Notes: generated by a model from the letters alone, not told the origin. A stretch of DNA of 64,000 nt from Octopus bimaculoides (GCF_001194135.2 NC_068981.1:102241123-102305122), one strand, 5' to 3'. Shown: positions 1 through 12,175, counted from the stretch's first letter. A program made the numbers and translations.

Positions 1-1523
1 TCCTCAAGGGGCAATAACAAAGGAATTCAAGACAGGATGCTCCTGGAAGCTCCTCTCTGCTGATGACCTTGCCCTAATTGCTGAGTCACTATCAGAACTA
101 GAGGAGAAGTTTCAGGTGTGGAAGCAAGGACTAGAATCGAAGGGCCTTAGAGTCAATCTAGCTAAAACGAAAGTCCTAATAAGTAGGTAGGTAGACAAAA
201 TACAAACCCCTTCAGGTAGATGGCCCTGCTTGATCCATAGAAAAGGCGTAGGTAGAAACTCTATAAGATGTACCCAGTGTAAGCTATGGACACATAAGAG
301 GTGCAGCAATATCAAAGGAAAGCTAACTAGGAAGATAGTTTTTGTATGTGGCAGATGTTCAGGAGCAATATACACTAAAAATGTGCAGAAAACAACTTTT
401 GCCACATTCCAGGGAGAAAAACTAGAAGCAGTTGATAGCTTCCGTTACCAAGGTGACCAAGTCAGTAGTGGGCGAGGGTGCACTGAAAATGTAGCTGCGA
501 AGCCAATATGCTCCGATGGTTGTGTAATGTCAGTGTGCATACTCGACAGAGTGTAAGTACCTTGAGAGAAAAGTTGAATTTAAGAAGCATCAGATGTGGT
601 GTGCAAGAGAGACAATTGCGCTNNNNNNNNNNNNNNNNNNNNNNNNNNNNNNNNNNNNNNNNNNNNNNNNNNNNNNNNNNNNNNNNNNNNNNNNNNNNNN
701 NNNNNNNNNNNNNNNNNNNNNNNNNNNNNNNNNNNNNNNNNNNNNNNNNNNNNNNNNNNNNNNNNNNNNNNNNNNNNNNNNNNNNNNNNNNNNNNNNNNN
801 NNNNNNNNNNNNNNNNNNNNNNNNNNNNNNNNNNNNNNNNNNNNNNNNNNNNNNNNNNNNNNNNNNNNNNNNNNNNNNNNNNNNNNNNNNNNNNNNNNNN
901 NNNNNNNNNNNTGTTGAGGCAAGTGAAATCGAAATTGAACCGAATCCGACGACTGGAACCCATGCCAACCTCTCCTTCATTGGACACTAAACTCTGCTTG
1001 CGAAGACCTGTTGGGGCAAGTGAAATTGAAATCGTAATTGAACCATATTTGATGACTGGCACCTGCACCAGTGGAGCACTAGCAGCACTGTCCGAGCGTG
1101 ATCATTGCCAGAGCAGCTGTCTGGCTTCTGTGCCAGTGGCACGTAAATAGCACCATTTGAGTGTGATTGTTACCAGCGTCGCCTTACTGGCACTTGTGCC
1201 GGTGGCCCATTAGAAAACATTCGAGCGAGGTCGTTGCCAGTGCCGCTGTACTGGCTCCTGTGTAGGTGGAATGTAAAAAACACAATTTTTAGCATGGCCG
1301 TTGCCAGTACCGCCTGACTGGCCTTTGTGCTGGTGGCACGTAAAAGCACCCACTACACTCTCGGAGTGGTTGGCGTTAGGAAGGGCATCCAGCTGTAGAA
1401 ACTCTGCCAGGTCAGATTGGAGCCTGGTGCAGCCATTCGGTTCACCAGTCCTCAGTCAAATCGTCCAACCCATGCTAGCATGGAAAGCGGACGTTAAACA
1501 ATGATGATGATTATGATGATGAT
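1..1523 (+). mobile_element. RTE-clade LINE, 3' portion (RT C-terminus, PHD-type finger, thumb, 3' UTR, (GAT)n tail); degraded and interrupted by a gap
   Basis: Reads ADDLALIAESLSELEEKFQVWKQGLESKGLRVNLAKTKVL, then a Cys/His finger, then EAVDSFRYQGD. The 3' end CATGCTAGCATGGAAAGCGGACGTTAAAC plus (GAT)n matches the copies at 29.7 kb and 51.8 kb. Confidence 0.9.
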
Positions 1524-1543
1524 ACATACATACTTACATTTAT

Positions 1544-1594
<51 letters not shown>

Positions 1595-1643
1595 TACATA
1601 CATATACACATACATACATACATACATATACATACATACATAT

Positions 1644-1677
<34 letters not shown>

Positions 1678-1678
1678 T
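1524..1678. repeat. Compound (TACA)n/(TA)n/(CA)n microsatellite
   Basis: Direct reading. Confidence 0.95.
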
Positions 1679-2659
1679 TTCCTTTTTTTGAAGAATAAAT
1701 TTTATATATTTCATACAGTAAAAGAGTTTTGCAATGGTATAAAAACTTAGTTGAAGGAATTACAGTGCTAGAAGATAATTCTGGATTGAAGCCCTTAAGC
1801 CAGAAAAGAATAATGTGTGCACAGATGCATAATAAATACATACATAAATAAAATTCCTTCTGTGTTTCGTTGTCTCAACAATGAAGAGAAGTTAGGAATT
1901 TCTTAGACAGTTTCTTGAATATCAAACCATTTTGTTTTTCTTATCATTTGCATAGCCTCAAGGAATTTCCTATCAACTTCATTGTTCTCTCATTTTCAGA
2001 GAATTACACTTGCATTCTACCATTCACTGACATTTTAGTTAATGTTTGTGGATGCCTAAGATGTGTCGATATATGTAATGTGTAATAGGATCTGTAGGTA
2101 TAGGCACACAGAAGAAATTAGGTTTAATTCTAAATAATTTTCAAGCATTCATTATGATCGTTACCAGCTATCAGTGCTCTCACCAGACACAGCAAAAGTG
2201 AATATTTACATGTTATTAAATGCCAATCCAAAAATGAGTCTGTTTTACCTACTGCTAATAATCTCCTTCATATCATAATCTGTTGTTTGAAAATACCATG
2301 GCACATTGGCAGAGTCATTAGAATACTGCACAGAATTCTTCCTTGTATTTGTTCTAACTATGCATTTTGTGTTCAAATCTTATTCAAATCAGATTTGTCT
2401 TTCATAACAATTTTTGCATTTATAAAGATATACTAATCTAGAGGGTTGAGCAAGATGTTTTGTGGTGTCATTTGCAACTCTTTACATTCTAAGTTCAAGT
2501 ATTGCTAAGATCAGCTTTTTCATCATTGCAAGGATGATGATAAGTACAAATCCAGAGGGATGGATTAGTGAAATTGAGCACTGGATTAGAGGGTCGAGCA
2601 AGATGTATTGTGGTGTCAATTCCAGTTCTTTGCATTCTGACTGCAGGATCTCCCATTAG

Positions 2660-2985
2660 TCATGGATGACCATGGGATTGTACCAAGAAAGTTACCCTCT
2701 AAAGCACAAGTCCGGGCAAGGTTGTTTATGGAAGACCAGCAGTTGCCCATGCATACCAGCCTCCCCTCTCCATGCCACCAATGTTAGCCAAAAGGAAGAC
2801 AAAGAGCGATAGTTTGGCACCAGTGATGCTGCAACTCATATCTACAGATAAGTGAACTGGAGCCAAGTGAAATAAAGTGTCTTACTCAAGAACACAGCTC
2901 ACAGCTTGGTCCAGGAATCAGGAATCAGACTCACTACCTCATGATTGTTAGCCTGATACTCAAACCACTGAGCCATGTACCTTCA
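2660..2985 (-). mobile_element. tRNA-headed SINE, family D
   Basis: Aligns over ~300 bp with 21372-21720; degraded tRNA-like head at the right end on the minus strand. Confidence 0.7.
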
Positions 2986-3249
2986 CACCAACACCTGTAA
3001 TAACACTTGCATCAAAATAAATTGAGAGGCTCAAGAAAACAGTCTTTTCCAAGAATAAACATTTGCAGCATAGAAAAAGGAAATGTGCATGTATAGGTGA
3101 CTGCTCGTCTTAAAAACAAAAATCTTACCCAGCTCTGCATGTACGTGTGCCAATGCATAATGAAACTTAACCATAAAGGCACTAAGGAAATAAGGAAGGA
3201 CACGTTAGACAAAGATAAATAATAACAAAAGTAAATTAAACATATATTA

Positions 3250-3745
3250 TAGGTGCAGGTATTGGTGGGTGGTTAACAAGTTTTCTTTGCAGCCACGTGA
3301 TTTTGGGTTCAGTATGACTGTAGCATTTTGGTCCAGTGTTTCTGGACATGGGTCAAACAATGCCATGCAAATGAATATGATAGACAGAAACTGTATGAAA
3401 GTCTAACCGCCTGCTGGCAACTTTTTCCATCTTCCAGAGGTAAATACTCAGTCTTTCTTTGCTGTTTTCACAGCTATACTGTGATCAAAATTTACTTTCT
3501 TGCCTATAAAATACACACGCACACACATATGCATATGTGGTTTCCTGTTTGTTCCCTGACATACACTGCTTGCTAACTGGTGTTAGTTTGTTTATGTCCC
3601 CATAACATATAATTTTAACAAAAGACTAAGTACCAGACTTAAAAACAAGTGCCATGGTTGATTTGCTTGACTAAACCCTTCAAGGCAGTGTAATGGCCCA
3701 TCTAGGTTGCAATCCAATGACTGAAACCAGCAAAAGATAAAAGAT
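3250..3745 (+). mobile_element. Degenerate SINE family A (head and tail pieces)
   Basis: Head AGGTGCAGG...GGTTAA; tail CAATCCAATGACTGAAACCAGCAAAAGATAAAAGA matches the family A tail. Confidence 0.55.
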
Positions 3746-4544
3746 GTGTCAGTTTTGACAATGAACAATCTGCTCATTGAATTAGTATGTCAGTGGCTGA
3801 GAATTCCACAGACTGTCATACCCTTATAAATGTAATCCATAAGCAGAATCAACATGACACAGTATGAGACAAGGCTGGACTTTGTATTAGAGAAACCCAT
3901 CTGTCTAATGGGTTTCTACACAATTTCCGTTGACCCAATTTCACTCACAAAGCTTGGGTTGATCTGAGGCCCACACTGCAGGATCAAACCTGAGACTCCA
4001 TTATTATGAAGTAAACTTCTTCACAACACACACACACACATTCACGCATGCATGCACATGTGCAAATTAGATGATGAGAGCTGGTATGCTTTTGACCAAA
4101 GATCTGCATGTTCAGGACTGATCTAGATATAAACAACAAGTACAACAAACCAACAACCTACACAATGCAATAGCCAAATCTCCCTCAACAAATTTTCCAG
4201 TTTTTTTTTTTTTGTTCCTAGAAAATAAAAAAAGAAGGAATAAATCAAATAAAGAAGACTGCTATATCTTGTATCAGTAAATCTCTTTTTACCTTACACC
4301 AGAGTAAAGATGGCTTGCTTACAAAGGAACATTAATCGAAGAATCGACTTTCCACTTGAATCAATACACTAGACATCATATATCTGCATATTCATGGTGC
4401 AATACTTATGGGTTCTTCAAATTGTGCGTAGGTCAACTTTGATTTTTACTTTTACTGAGGTTGCTAAAAGAAGCTCTAGTCAAGTACTGGGGTTGATTAA
4501 AGTGAATAATACCATTTCAATATCATCATCATTGTGACCATAAA

Positions 4545-4587
4545 CAATGTTGCCATCACCATCATCATTGTCATCTTCATCATTATC

Positions 4588-4644
<57 letters not shown>

Positions 4645-4692
4645 CATCATTATTATTATTAGCAGTAGTAGTAGTAGCTTTTTTTTTTTTTT
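4545..4692. repeat. Compound (ATC)n/(ATT)n/(AGT)n microsatellite with a poly-T end
   Basis: Direct reading; it explains the poly-Ile and poly-Asn ORFs. Confidence 0.95.
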
Positions 4693-4693
4693 C

Positions 4694-5075
4694 TGTTGCA
4701 GGGCAGAGAAACATTGGCCACCCGAAGCTGAGGTGCAGGAGGGATATGAAGGCACTTGGTATCAACACCAATTCCTGGGAGGATCTTGCATCCGACCGAA
4801 CCAGCTGGAGAGGCACTCTTCACAAACAACTGCAGACCGGCGAAGAGAATTTGAGGGTGGCAGCAGCTGAAAACCGAGCCCACAGAAAAGAAATGACAGC
4901 CAACAGACTGGATTCAACATATAGGTGTGACCTCTGCAAACGAGACTGCCACTCTAGCATCGGTCTCTACAGCCACAGGAGGCATTGCAAAAACTGAATA
5001 GACAACTCAATGGACGGATGACACCATCCATGGTTAGCCATGACCGATGGAGGCCTAAAGAAGTAGTAGTAGCAA
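4694..5075 (+). mobile_element. BovB-like RTE LINE 3' end, 5'-truncated
   Basis: ORF 4746-4997 reads KALGINTNSWEDLASDRTSWR...CDLCKRDCHSSIGLYSHRRHC, a C-terminal C2H2-type finger typical of BovB-like RTEs. A short UTR and (AGT)n tail follow. Confidence 0.8.
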
Positions 5076-5082
5076 CAGTAGT

Positions 5083-5289
5083 AAGGTGGTTAGCTGGCAG
5101 GACCATTGGCATACCAGGTGTAATGCTAAGTAGCATTTCGTTTGTCTTCACGTTCTGAGTTCAAATTCCACTGAAGTCAACTTTGCCTTTCATCCTTTCA
5201 GGCTCAATAACATAAGTACTAGTTGAGTACTGGGTTGATGCAACCGACCCACCCTTCCCTCAAACTTGTTGGCTTTGTGCCAAAATTTG

Positions 5290-5386
<97 letters not shown>

Positions 5387-5392
5387 CATTAT
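5083..5392 (+). mobile_element. SINE family B with (ATC)n(ATT)n tail
   Basis: Head AAGGTGGTTAGCTGGCAG, B-box-like GAGTTCAAATTCC, body shared with the other family B copies. Confidence 0.8.
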
Positions 5393-5732
5393 AAGGGCTT
5401 TAGTTTAACAAATCACACCAGGGCCTTTTTTTAAAGTCTGGTACTTATTTCACCTGTCTGTTTTACTGAATCACCTGGTTACAGGGATACAAAAAAACTA
5501 ACACTAGTTGTCAAGTGGTAGAGGAACAGACACAAACATAAAGACACACACACACACACACANNNNNNNNNNNNNNNNNNCAACTCCGAAAGGATGAAAG
5601 GTAAAGTCTTCTTAAGCGGAATTTGAACTCAAAATGTAAGGACAGACGAAATGTTGCTAAGCATTTTGCCCAGCATGGTTATGATTCTGCCAGCTCACTG
5701 CCTTCATATACATACATATATACATACATATA

Positions 5733-7256
5733 CACCAAGAACCATGCTAATAGTTTAGGAAGGAAATTTAGGATTTCTCAGTTTTCTGTAAATCGATTTT
5801 GATAAAACTTTTCCCAGCTGGTTTGCAACACCATTATTTTTTCATTATTCTGTATAACATCCTTTCTTTTTTATTTCAGATTTTTCAGTTTTTGGGTGAG
5901 CCATGCTAATAGCTTTTGAATGAAAATAGCCCATCTAGACATTTTTTTCAGAAAATGAAGGATAATAATACATATTAAGCATAGATTGAGTATATATTGA
6001 ATAGAAAACTATAATAATATTATAACATTTATTCACATAATGAATTATTTAGCCATATGAACACCATTTCAATGGATAACTTCAAAAACCGTATTAATTA
6101 TGGAATTTGTTAATTTTTTAATAGTAGCAGGTTGGACTGCCTCTGCTGCAGCTTTGATGGTTGCCCATGAGACATCTTTTGACATAAATTGGTGTCCGTC
6201 AGCATAAACATATTGTTTAATGATGGACCAAAGATTTTATATAGGTTGAGATCTGGAAATGCTGGTGGCCACAGCATCAACCTTTCACCTTGTATGCCAT
6301 AAGACCCTAGTAATATTTGGGTGGTCCTAGCAGAGTGGGAGGGAGCGTTGTCCTGAATGAATATGAGATTCCTTAGAAGTGACAGCGGTATGTCATCTAG
6401 CCAGGGATCCAAGACCTCCTTCATGAGATTGCAGTAGGTGGTTGTAGTCACTTTAACCCTTTCAGGAACCCTGACTCAGTCAACAAGTCTGTCCCCAATG
6501 ATCCCAGCCCACCACATGACCCCTCCATCCTGTTGTTGACATCGTAAACATTGGTGACGCTTATCTCCAAAACACACCCAACCATTTGCCCAACGGTCAG
6601 ATCCATCAAATGTTGCTTTGGTTTTGTCAGTGCACACAACACAACTCATGTCTGTCATGTACTTTTGGGTTCATTGAAGCCTCAAACTCCTGTGGTAGAG
6701 CATTAAAGAATGTAGTTTCAAGGGTTCTTGCACAGAAGCCATGGTCTCAAGGATGCGATTTCTGGTGGTTTTTGGTACATGAGGAAATCGAGAGGTGGCT
6801 TTGCTTGTTTATTCAGGTTTCTCATGTAACTTGTGGCCAACATTCCTTAAATCCCTAGCTGTTACAGTCTTGGAGGTCCCACAATCAGATTGTTTCTTCT
6901 TTGACGAAGGGTTCTTCAGGAATCATTTAACCGTGTCCTCATGACGACCAAACTTCTCCACAATGACATGAAGAGAGGTTCCTTTAGCACTTTCCTTGAT
7001 GATGACAGACTTTCTCTTCATCATTAAGGCCTTTTCCATGTCTCATTGTTCTTAGAGAGGAGAGACACAATTAGCGTGGTTCACTCAAAAACTGAAGAAT
7101 CTGAGATAAAAAGAAAGGACATTACACAGAATAATGAAAACATAATGGTGTTGCCATAATGTGCAAACCAGCTGGGAAAAGTTTTATCAAAATCAATTCA
7201 CAGAAAACTGAGAAATCCTAAATTTCACTCCTAAGCTATTAGCGTGGTTCTGGGTA
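5733..7256 (-). mobile_element. Tc1-like DNA transposon of DD37E (TRT-like) type, full length, with a decayed transposase
   Basis: TA flanks; ~180 bp TIRs (5733-5912 and 7070-7256) with an internal direct repeat CCA(T/C)GCTAAT. Motifs TDKTKATFDGSDRW, GGVMWWAGI and QDNAPSHSART...WPPAFPDLN give a 37-residue D-to-E spacing once a 1-bp deletion is repaired. Confidence 0.85.
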
Positions 7257-7267
7257 TATATGCAACA

Positions 7268-7428
7268 AGCTTCTTTCAGTTTCCTGTCAATCAAATCCAC
7301 TCACAAGACTTTGGTTGGCTGGAGCTATAGTAGAAGACACTTGTCTGAGGTGCCACACAGTGGGACCGAACACAAAATCTATGTCGTTCAGATGCAAACT
7401 TCTTACCATACTGCCATGCCTGCATCTA
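7268..7428 (-). mobile_element. SINE family A, 5' half
   Basis: Matches the head and body of 46273-46687 in reverse. Confidence 0.75.
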
Positions 7429-7483
7429 TATTTTAAAAACGTTAAACCATTCTAAGTATTTGACTAGTATTTTGTTGATACTG

Positions 7484-7700
7484 AAAGCAGCTAGCTGACA
7501 GAATTGTCATCACACCAGGCAAAATGCTTAGCGATATTTCCTCTGCCGCTACATTCTGAGTTCAAATTCTGCTGAGGTCGATTTTGTCTTTCATCCTTTT
7601 GGGGTCGATAAATTAAGTACCAGTTGAATACTGGGGCCAAAGTAATCGACTTTCCCCTTCCCCCAAAAATTTCAGGCCTTGTGCCTATAGTAGAAAGGAG
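7484..7700 (+). mobile_element. SINE family B
   Basis: CATTCTGAGTTCAAATTCTGCTGAGGTCG...GGCCTTGTGCCTATAGTAGAAAGG, shared with 57806-58020. Confidence 0.8.
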
Positions 7701-8070
7701 TACTTTGTCGATACTGGAAGGATAAAAGGCAAAGTTAACCTCAGAGCAAAATTTGAAAGCAGACCATAAATTCCTGTAAATAAATACTGCAGCACTTTTA
7801 TAGAATGTTTTAAAGATTCTACCAATCCACTGACTTGTTGAAGAGAAATATATTTCTTCAAGATTTCTCTTGGTTTCTGCTCTTTAATAACGTCTTATCA
7901 TTAAACACTCAGTTGTTATAATTATTGATTTGCAAACTGAAGTTTTATCAATGTCTACACAAGTTAAAAATAATTCAGGTAAATTTTTATTGGTGACTTC
8001 TCTCGGAAGTCTCTGATTGACATTTATTTGTGTGAAATACAAAACTAGAATTCAGGAGAATTCAGGAGTT

Positions 8071-8133
8071 CCTCTCTCTCTCTCTCTCTCTCTCTCATGC
8101 ACACACATACTTACACACTCTTGCTGCCTCCTA

Positions 8134-8195
<62 letters not shown>

Positions 8196-8205
8196 CTCTC
8201 TCTCT
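8071..8205. repeat. (CT)n microsatellite, interrupted
   Basis: Direct reading. Confidence 0.95.
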
Positions 8206-8956
8206 GCAGTTATTTTCCTCCCTTTATTTCTTTCTGTTTTTCTTTCAACTCTTCTACATCCAGCATCTTACCCTACCAAACCTCCATTCCTTCAAGATCA
8301 ATCTATTTCCTCTTAAGATGTCTGCTGTTTGATACTTAGGTTTTGAACACAAACACATTAAACATATACACACACAAATGTGAATTACATACTAACACAT
8401 ACATATATGTATGTATACATAACTACATATCAATAAACCTACTTATATACAGACACATATATAGTTAATTATGTATATCTATAAACATATATATTTATTT
8501 ATATATATATATATATATATNNNNNNNNNNNNNNNNNNNNNNNNNNNNNNNNNNNNNNNNNNNNNNNNNNNNNNNNNNNNNNNNNNNNNNNNNNNNNNNN
8601 NNNNNNNNNNNNNNNNNNNNNNNNNNNNNNNNNNNNNNNNNNNNNNNNNNNNNNNNNNNNNNNNNNNNNNNNNNNNNNNNNNNNNNNNNNNNNNNNNNNN
8701 NNNNNNNNNNNNNNNNNNNNNNNNNNNNNNNNNNNNNNNNTATATATATATATTTTATATATATATATATTTATATGTATGTGTGAGGTTACCTCTTTCT
8801 TTCTCTATACCCATCTAACCCATGCTAGCATGGAGTGAATGGATGTAAAACTGAAGAAACGTGTGAGTGTGTGTGTATGTCTACACCACACACATACATA
8901 CAGGCATATAAACACACATATATATATATACACATAAATATATACGTATACACACT

Positions 8957-9000
<44 letters not shown>

Positions 9001-9364
9001 CATATATACATATACACACTCACACACACATATATAAACTCACACACACACACAAACAAGGTTCAAACATCTGTTACATGGAGTATATTAGCGTGGAATA
9101 GTTTGTTGTAAGGAGACAGAAGTCTGATATCAGTCATCTTGTTGTGATAGATTTCTATCAGCAAAATGCAAGTTGCCAGCTGGAAGTTTTTCAATTTTCT
9201 ATGTGACTTAAGTCTTACATCACTTTTTCAACTGATATCTTTATTGTTTGAAATATTTTCTTTCAATTCCTCTTTGCTTTCATTCTCATGCAGAGACGAG
9301 GCAAGCAGGGCTATGTGGCCAAACACTTGAATTATAAATATATGGATAGTAGCTTCATTCTAGC

Positions 9365-9752
9365 TGTTGTTGTTGGCACTCCATCGCTTACGACGTCGAG
9401 GGTTCCAGTTGATCCGATCAACAGAACAGCCTGCTCGTGAAATTAACGTGCAAGTAGCTGAGCACTCCACAGACACGTGTACCCTTAACGTAGTTCTCAG
9501 GGATATTCAGCATGACACAGTGTGACAAGGCTGACCCTTTGAAATACAGGTACAACAGAAACAGGAAGTAAGAGTGAGAGAAAGTTGTGGTGAAAGAGTA
9601 CAGCAGGGTTCGCCACCATCCCCTGCCGGAGCCTTGTGGAGCTTTAGGTGTTTTCTCTCAATAAACACACACAATGCCCGGTCTGGGGATCGAAACTGTG
9701 ATCCTATGACCGCGAGTCCGCTGCCCTAACCACTGGGCCATTACACCTCCAC
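9365..9752 (-). mobile_element. SINE family C, full length, with TSD
   Basis: tRNA-like head on the minus strand, (AAC)n tail, TSD CATTCTAGC at 9356-9364 and 9753-9761; closely similar to 41441-41834. Confidence 0.9.
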
Positions 9753-9879
9753 CATTCTAGCCGTAGACATTTCATATAGATTTCTAGGTTAGATACATCC
9801 TTCCATCCCAAACTAAGCATGTGCTTAGAACATCAAGGGAAGGAGGGGGCATCACAGAAATGGTAAATGGTTTACGGTA

Positions 9880-10205
9880 CAAAAGAAATCACTTTAAACT
9901 TGCTAAGATAATATTCAGGATGCCTTTATCTCTACTAAGTATAGATGCAGATGTGTTACCTAAGATTAATTTTGAGGATCTGATCAAAGACTTCAATTCA
10001 AAAAAGTAAGAAGAAACATTTCAAATATAAATAAAGTGGAAGTATACAAAGATAAACATTATTTTCTCTCTTACTGTTTAGTTTCGTTTTGAAAAATAAA
10101 ATTTACTTTGTAGTTTGTTATTGTTTATATTTTGAATTACATAATCTTTTATGGGGGTACCAAGACCTTTTAAGTGTTTAGGACCCTGATGGTCTTAATC
10201 CATCC
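9880..10205 (+). mobile_element. hAT transposon remnant: C-terminal dimerisation-domain fragment and degraded right end
   Basis: LSLLSIDADVLPKINFEDLIKDFNSKK resembles the hAT C-terminal LSIE...I.F.D.I..FA..K motif; the end GGACCCTGATGGTCTTAATCC is TIR-like. Confidence 0.6.
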
Positions 10206-10834
10206 ATCCATCCATCCATCCATCCATCCATCCATCCATCCATCCTTTCATATTATCTGTGCATTATTCCTAAATGGTTGTGAAGACAGAGTCCAGTCCT
10301 CAGGTAACTCCTCCATATGGTCCTATCAGATTCAAATGCCATTACATCTTCCTGCTAGATTCCCAAATGGCATGACCAACTGAGGCTATGTATATTACCC
10401 AACCATCTCATTCTTGGTCTACTCCTAAGTCTCCTGTTAGTTCGCTTAGCTGGAAGAATCTGTCTAGCAATTCCTTCCTGCAGCTTTCTAATCACATGTC
10501 CATAATACCAGGGCTGTGACCCCTCAATGCAGTGAAGTAGTAGCTCAACCTGGAAAAACTACCCTGATCTCCTAGCTATGTACCCTGCTGTGTAATATGC
10601 ATAATTGCAACATACATTTTTCACTTGCTTTCTATTGTTGTTTACTTATTGTATGTATTCTTTGACAGATTTACTCCACCCATGCAAGTTATTCAACTAA
10701 GAGGGTTGATCAAAAGAAAGATACTCTACCATAAGACATGGCATTTGAAGACCTGTCCAACCCATACCAGTGTTGAAAAGTGGACATTAAAACTACTGCA
10801 CCCTAGGTGAGAGGTTGCCTCCTCATCCTCCTCT

Positions 10835-10925
10835 TGCCACTACTGCTGCTGCCACCACCGCTGCCGCCACCGCCGCTGCTACCGCCGCCGCCACCGCCGC
10901 CGCCGCCGCCACCATCAACACCACC
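10835..10925. repeat. GC-rich (GCC/ACC/GCT)n trinucleotide tract
   Basis: Direct reading; source of the poly-Ala ORF 10815-11138. Confidence 0.9.
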
Positions 10926-11009
10926 GCAAATACTAATACTTGCAAGTTACTTGGCAAACCTTCACTTGTGTTAATGTCATGCAAAAAGATATTCAGCTGT
11001 ACACTCTAT

Positions 11010-11167
11010 AGAATGGTTGGTGTTTGGAAGAGCATCCAGCTAAAGAGACCATACCAAAGCAGACATTGGAGCTCAATGCAGACCTCCATCTCGGTGGATC
11101 CTATCAAACCATCAACCCCATACCAGCATCGAAAATAGACATTAAATGATGATGTTGATGATGATCC
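11010..11167 (+). mobile_element. Short RTE-tail-derived retroposon fragment
   Basis: GGTTGGTGTTTGGAAGAGCATCCAGCT...CCCATACCAGCATCGAAAATAGACATTAAATGATGATG parallels the RTE 3' end at 1370-1523. Confidence 0.65.
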
Positions 11168-11364
11168 TGATGTTAGTGTACCAAGAATCAAATTAACCAA
11201 TGTTATTTCATTTTCTTTTCCTTAAACACTCAGGTTTAATCTGAAAGATATTTAGCTGCTATTTCTAATTTCAAAACAGGTTATACACCCATGCAGAGTT
11301 TTACTTGTTGGATTGATATAAATTCTTGTATACTGTTTGATAATTTCCATTTGTTGACTTACCT

Positions 11365-11722
11365 TTTATCTTCTATATTTTACTTGTTTCAGTCATTAGA
11401 CTGTGGCCATGCTGGAGCACCACCTGGAAGAACTTTTAGTTGAATGTATCAAACCCAGTGTTTATTTTTTTAAAGCCTGGTACTTATTTTATTGGTTTCT
11501 TTTACTGAACTGCTAAGTTACAGGGACATATACACACCAACACCAGTTGTCAAGTGGTGGTAGGAGACTTCAGTTTCTGTCCACCAAATCCACTCACCAG
11601 GCTTTGGTCGGCTTGAGGCTATAGTAAAAGACACTTCCCCAAGGTGCCATGCAGTGAGACTGAACCTGGAACCATGTGGTTGGTAAGCAAGCTTCTTACC
11701 ATACAGCCACAAAAACCCGTGC
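11365..11722 (-). mobile_element. SINE family A
   Basis: Reverse match to 46273-46687, without the central microsatellite. Confidence 0.8.
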
Positions 11723-12054
11723 CACAGATAATCATGACACAAAATTCATTGTTGGATTCATTTATCCATCACACAACTATAAAATAATATGAGATGTGGA
11801 AGTTGTATGCGAAGAATTTTGCCAAGATGATGAGTGGAAGTTGAAATGTAGTCTAGTATTATATTCATTTATTTATTTATTTATTTCATCTAAACCATTC
11901 TGATCATTATGAAACCAAAAATTATGTAATTCTTCGTTGCAACTGCATTTCTCTCCTTGACATTTCTTCTTCTTCTTCTTTCAGTTGCTAGTCAGAAATT
12001 CTGAGCCATTCTTTTGTGTATGCTCTGTAACTCACTACCAGTAGCATTGATAAC

Positions 12055-12141
12055 TGTCATCATCATCATCATCATCATCATCACCACTAATACCACTGTC
12101 ATCATCATCATCATCATCATCCTCATCACAACACAACCACC

Positions 12142-12175
<34 letters not shown>

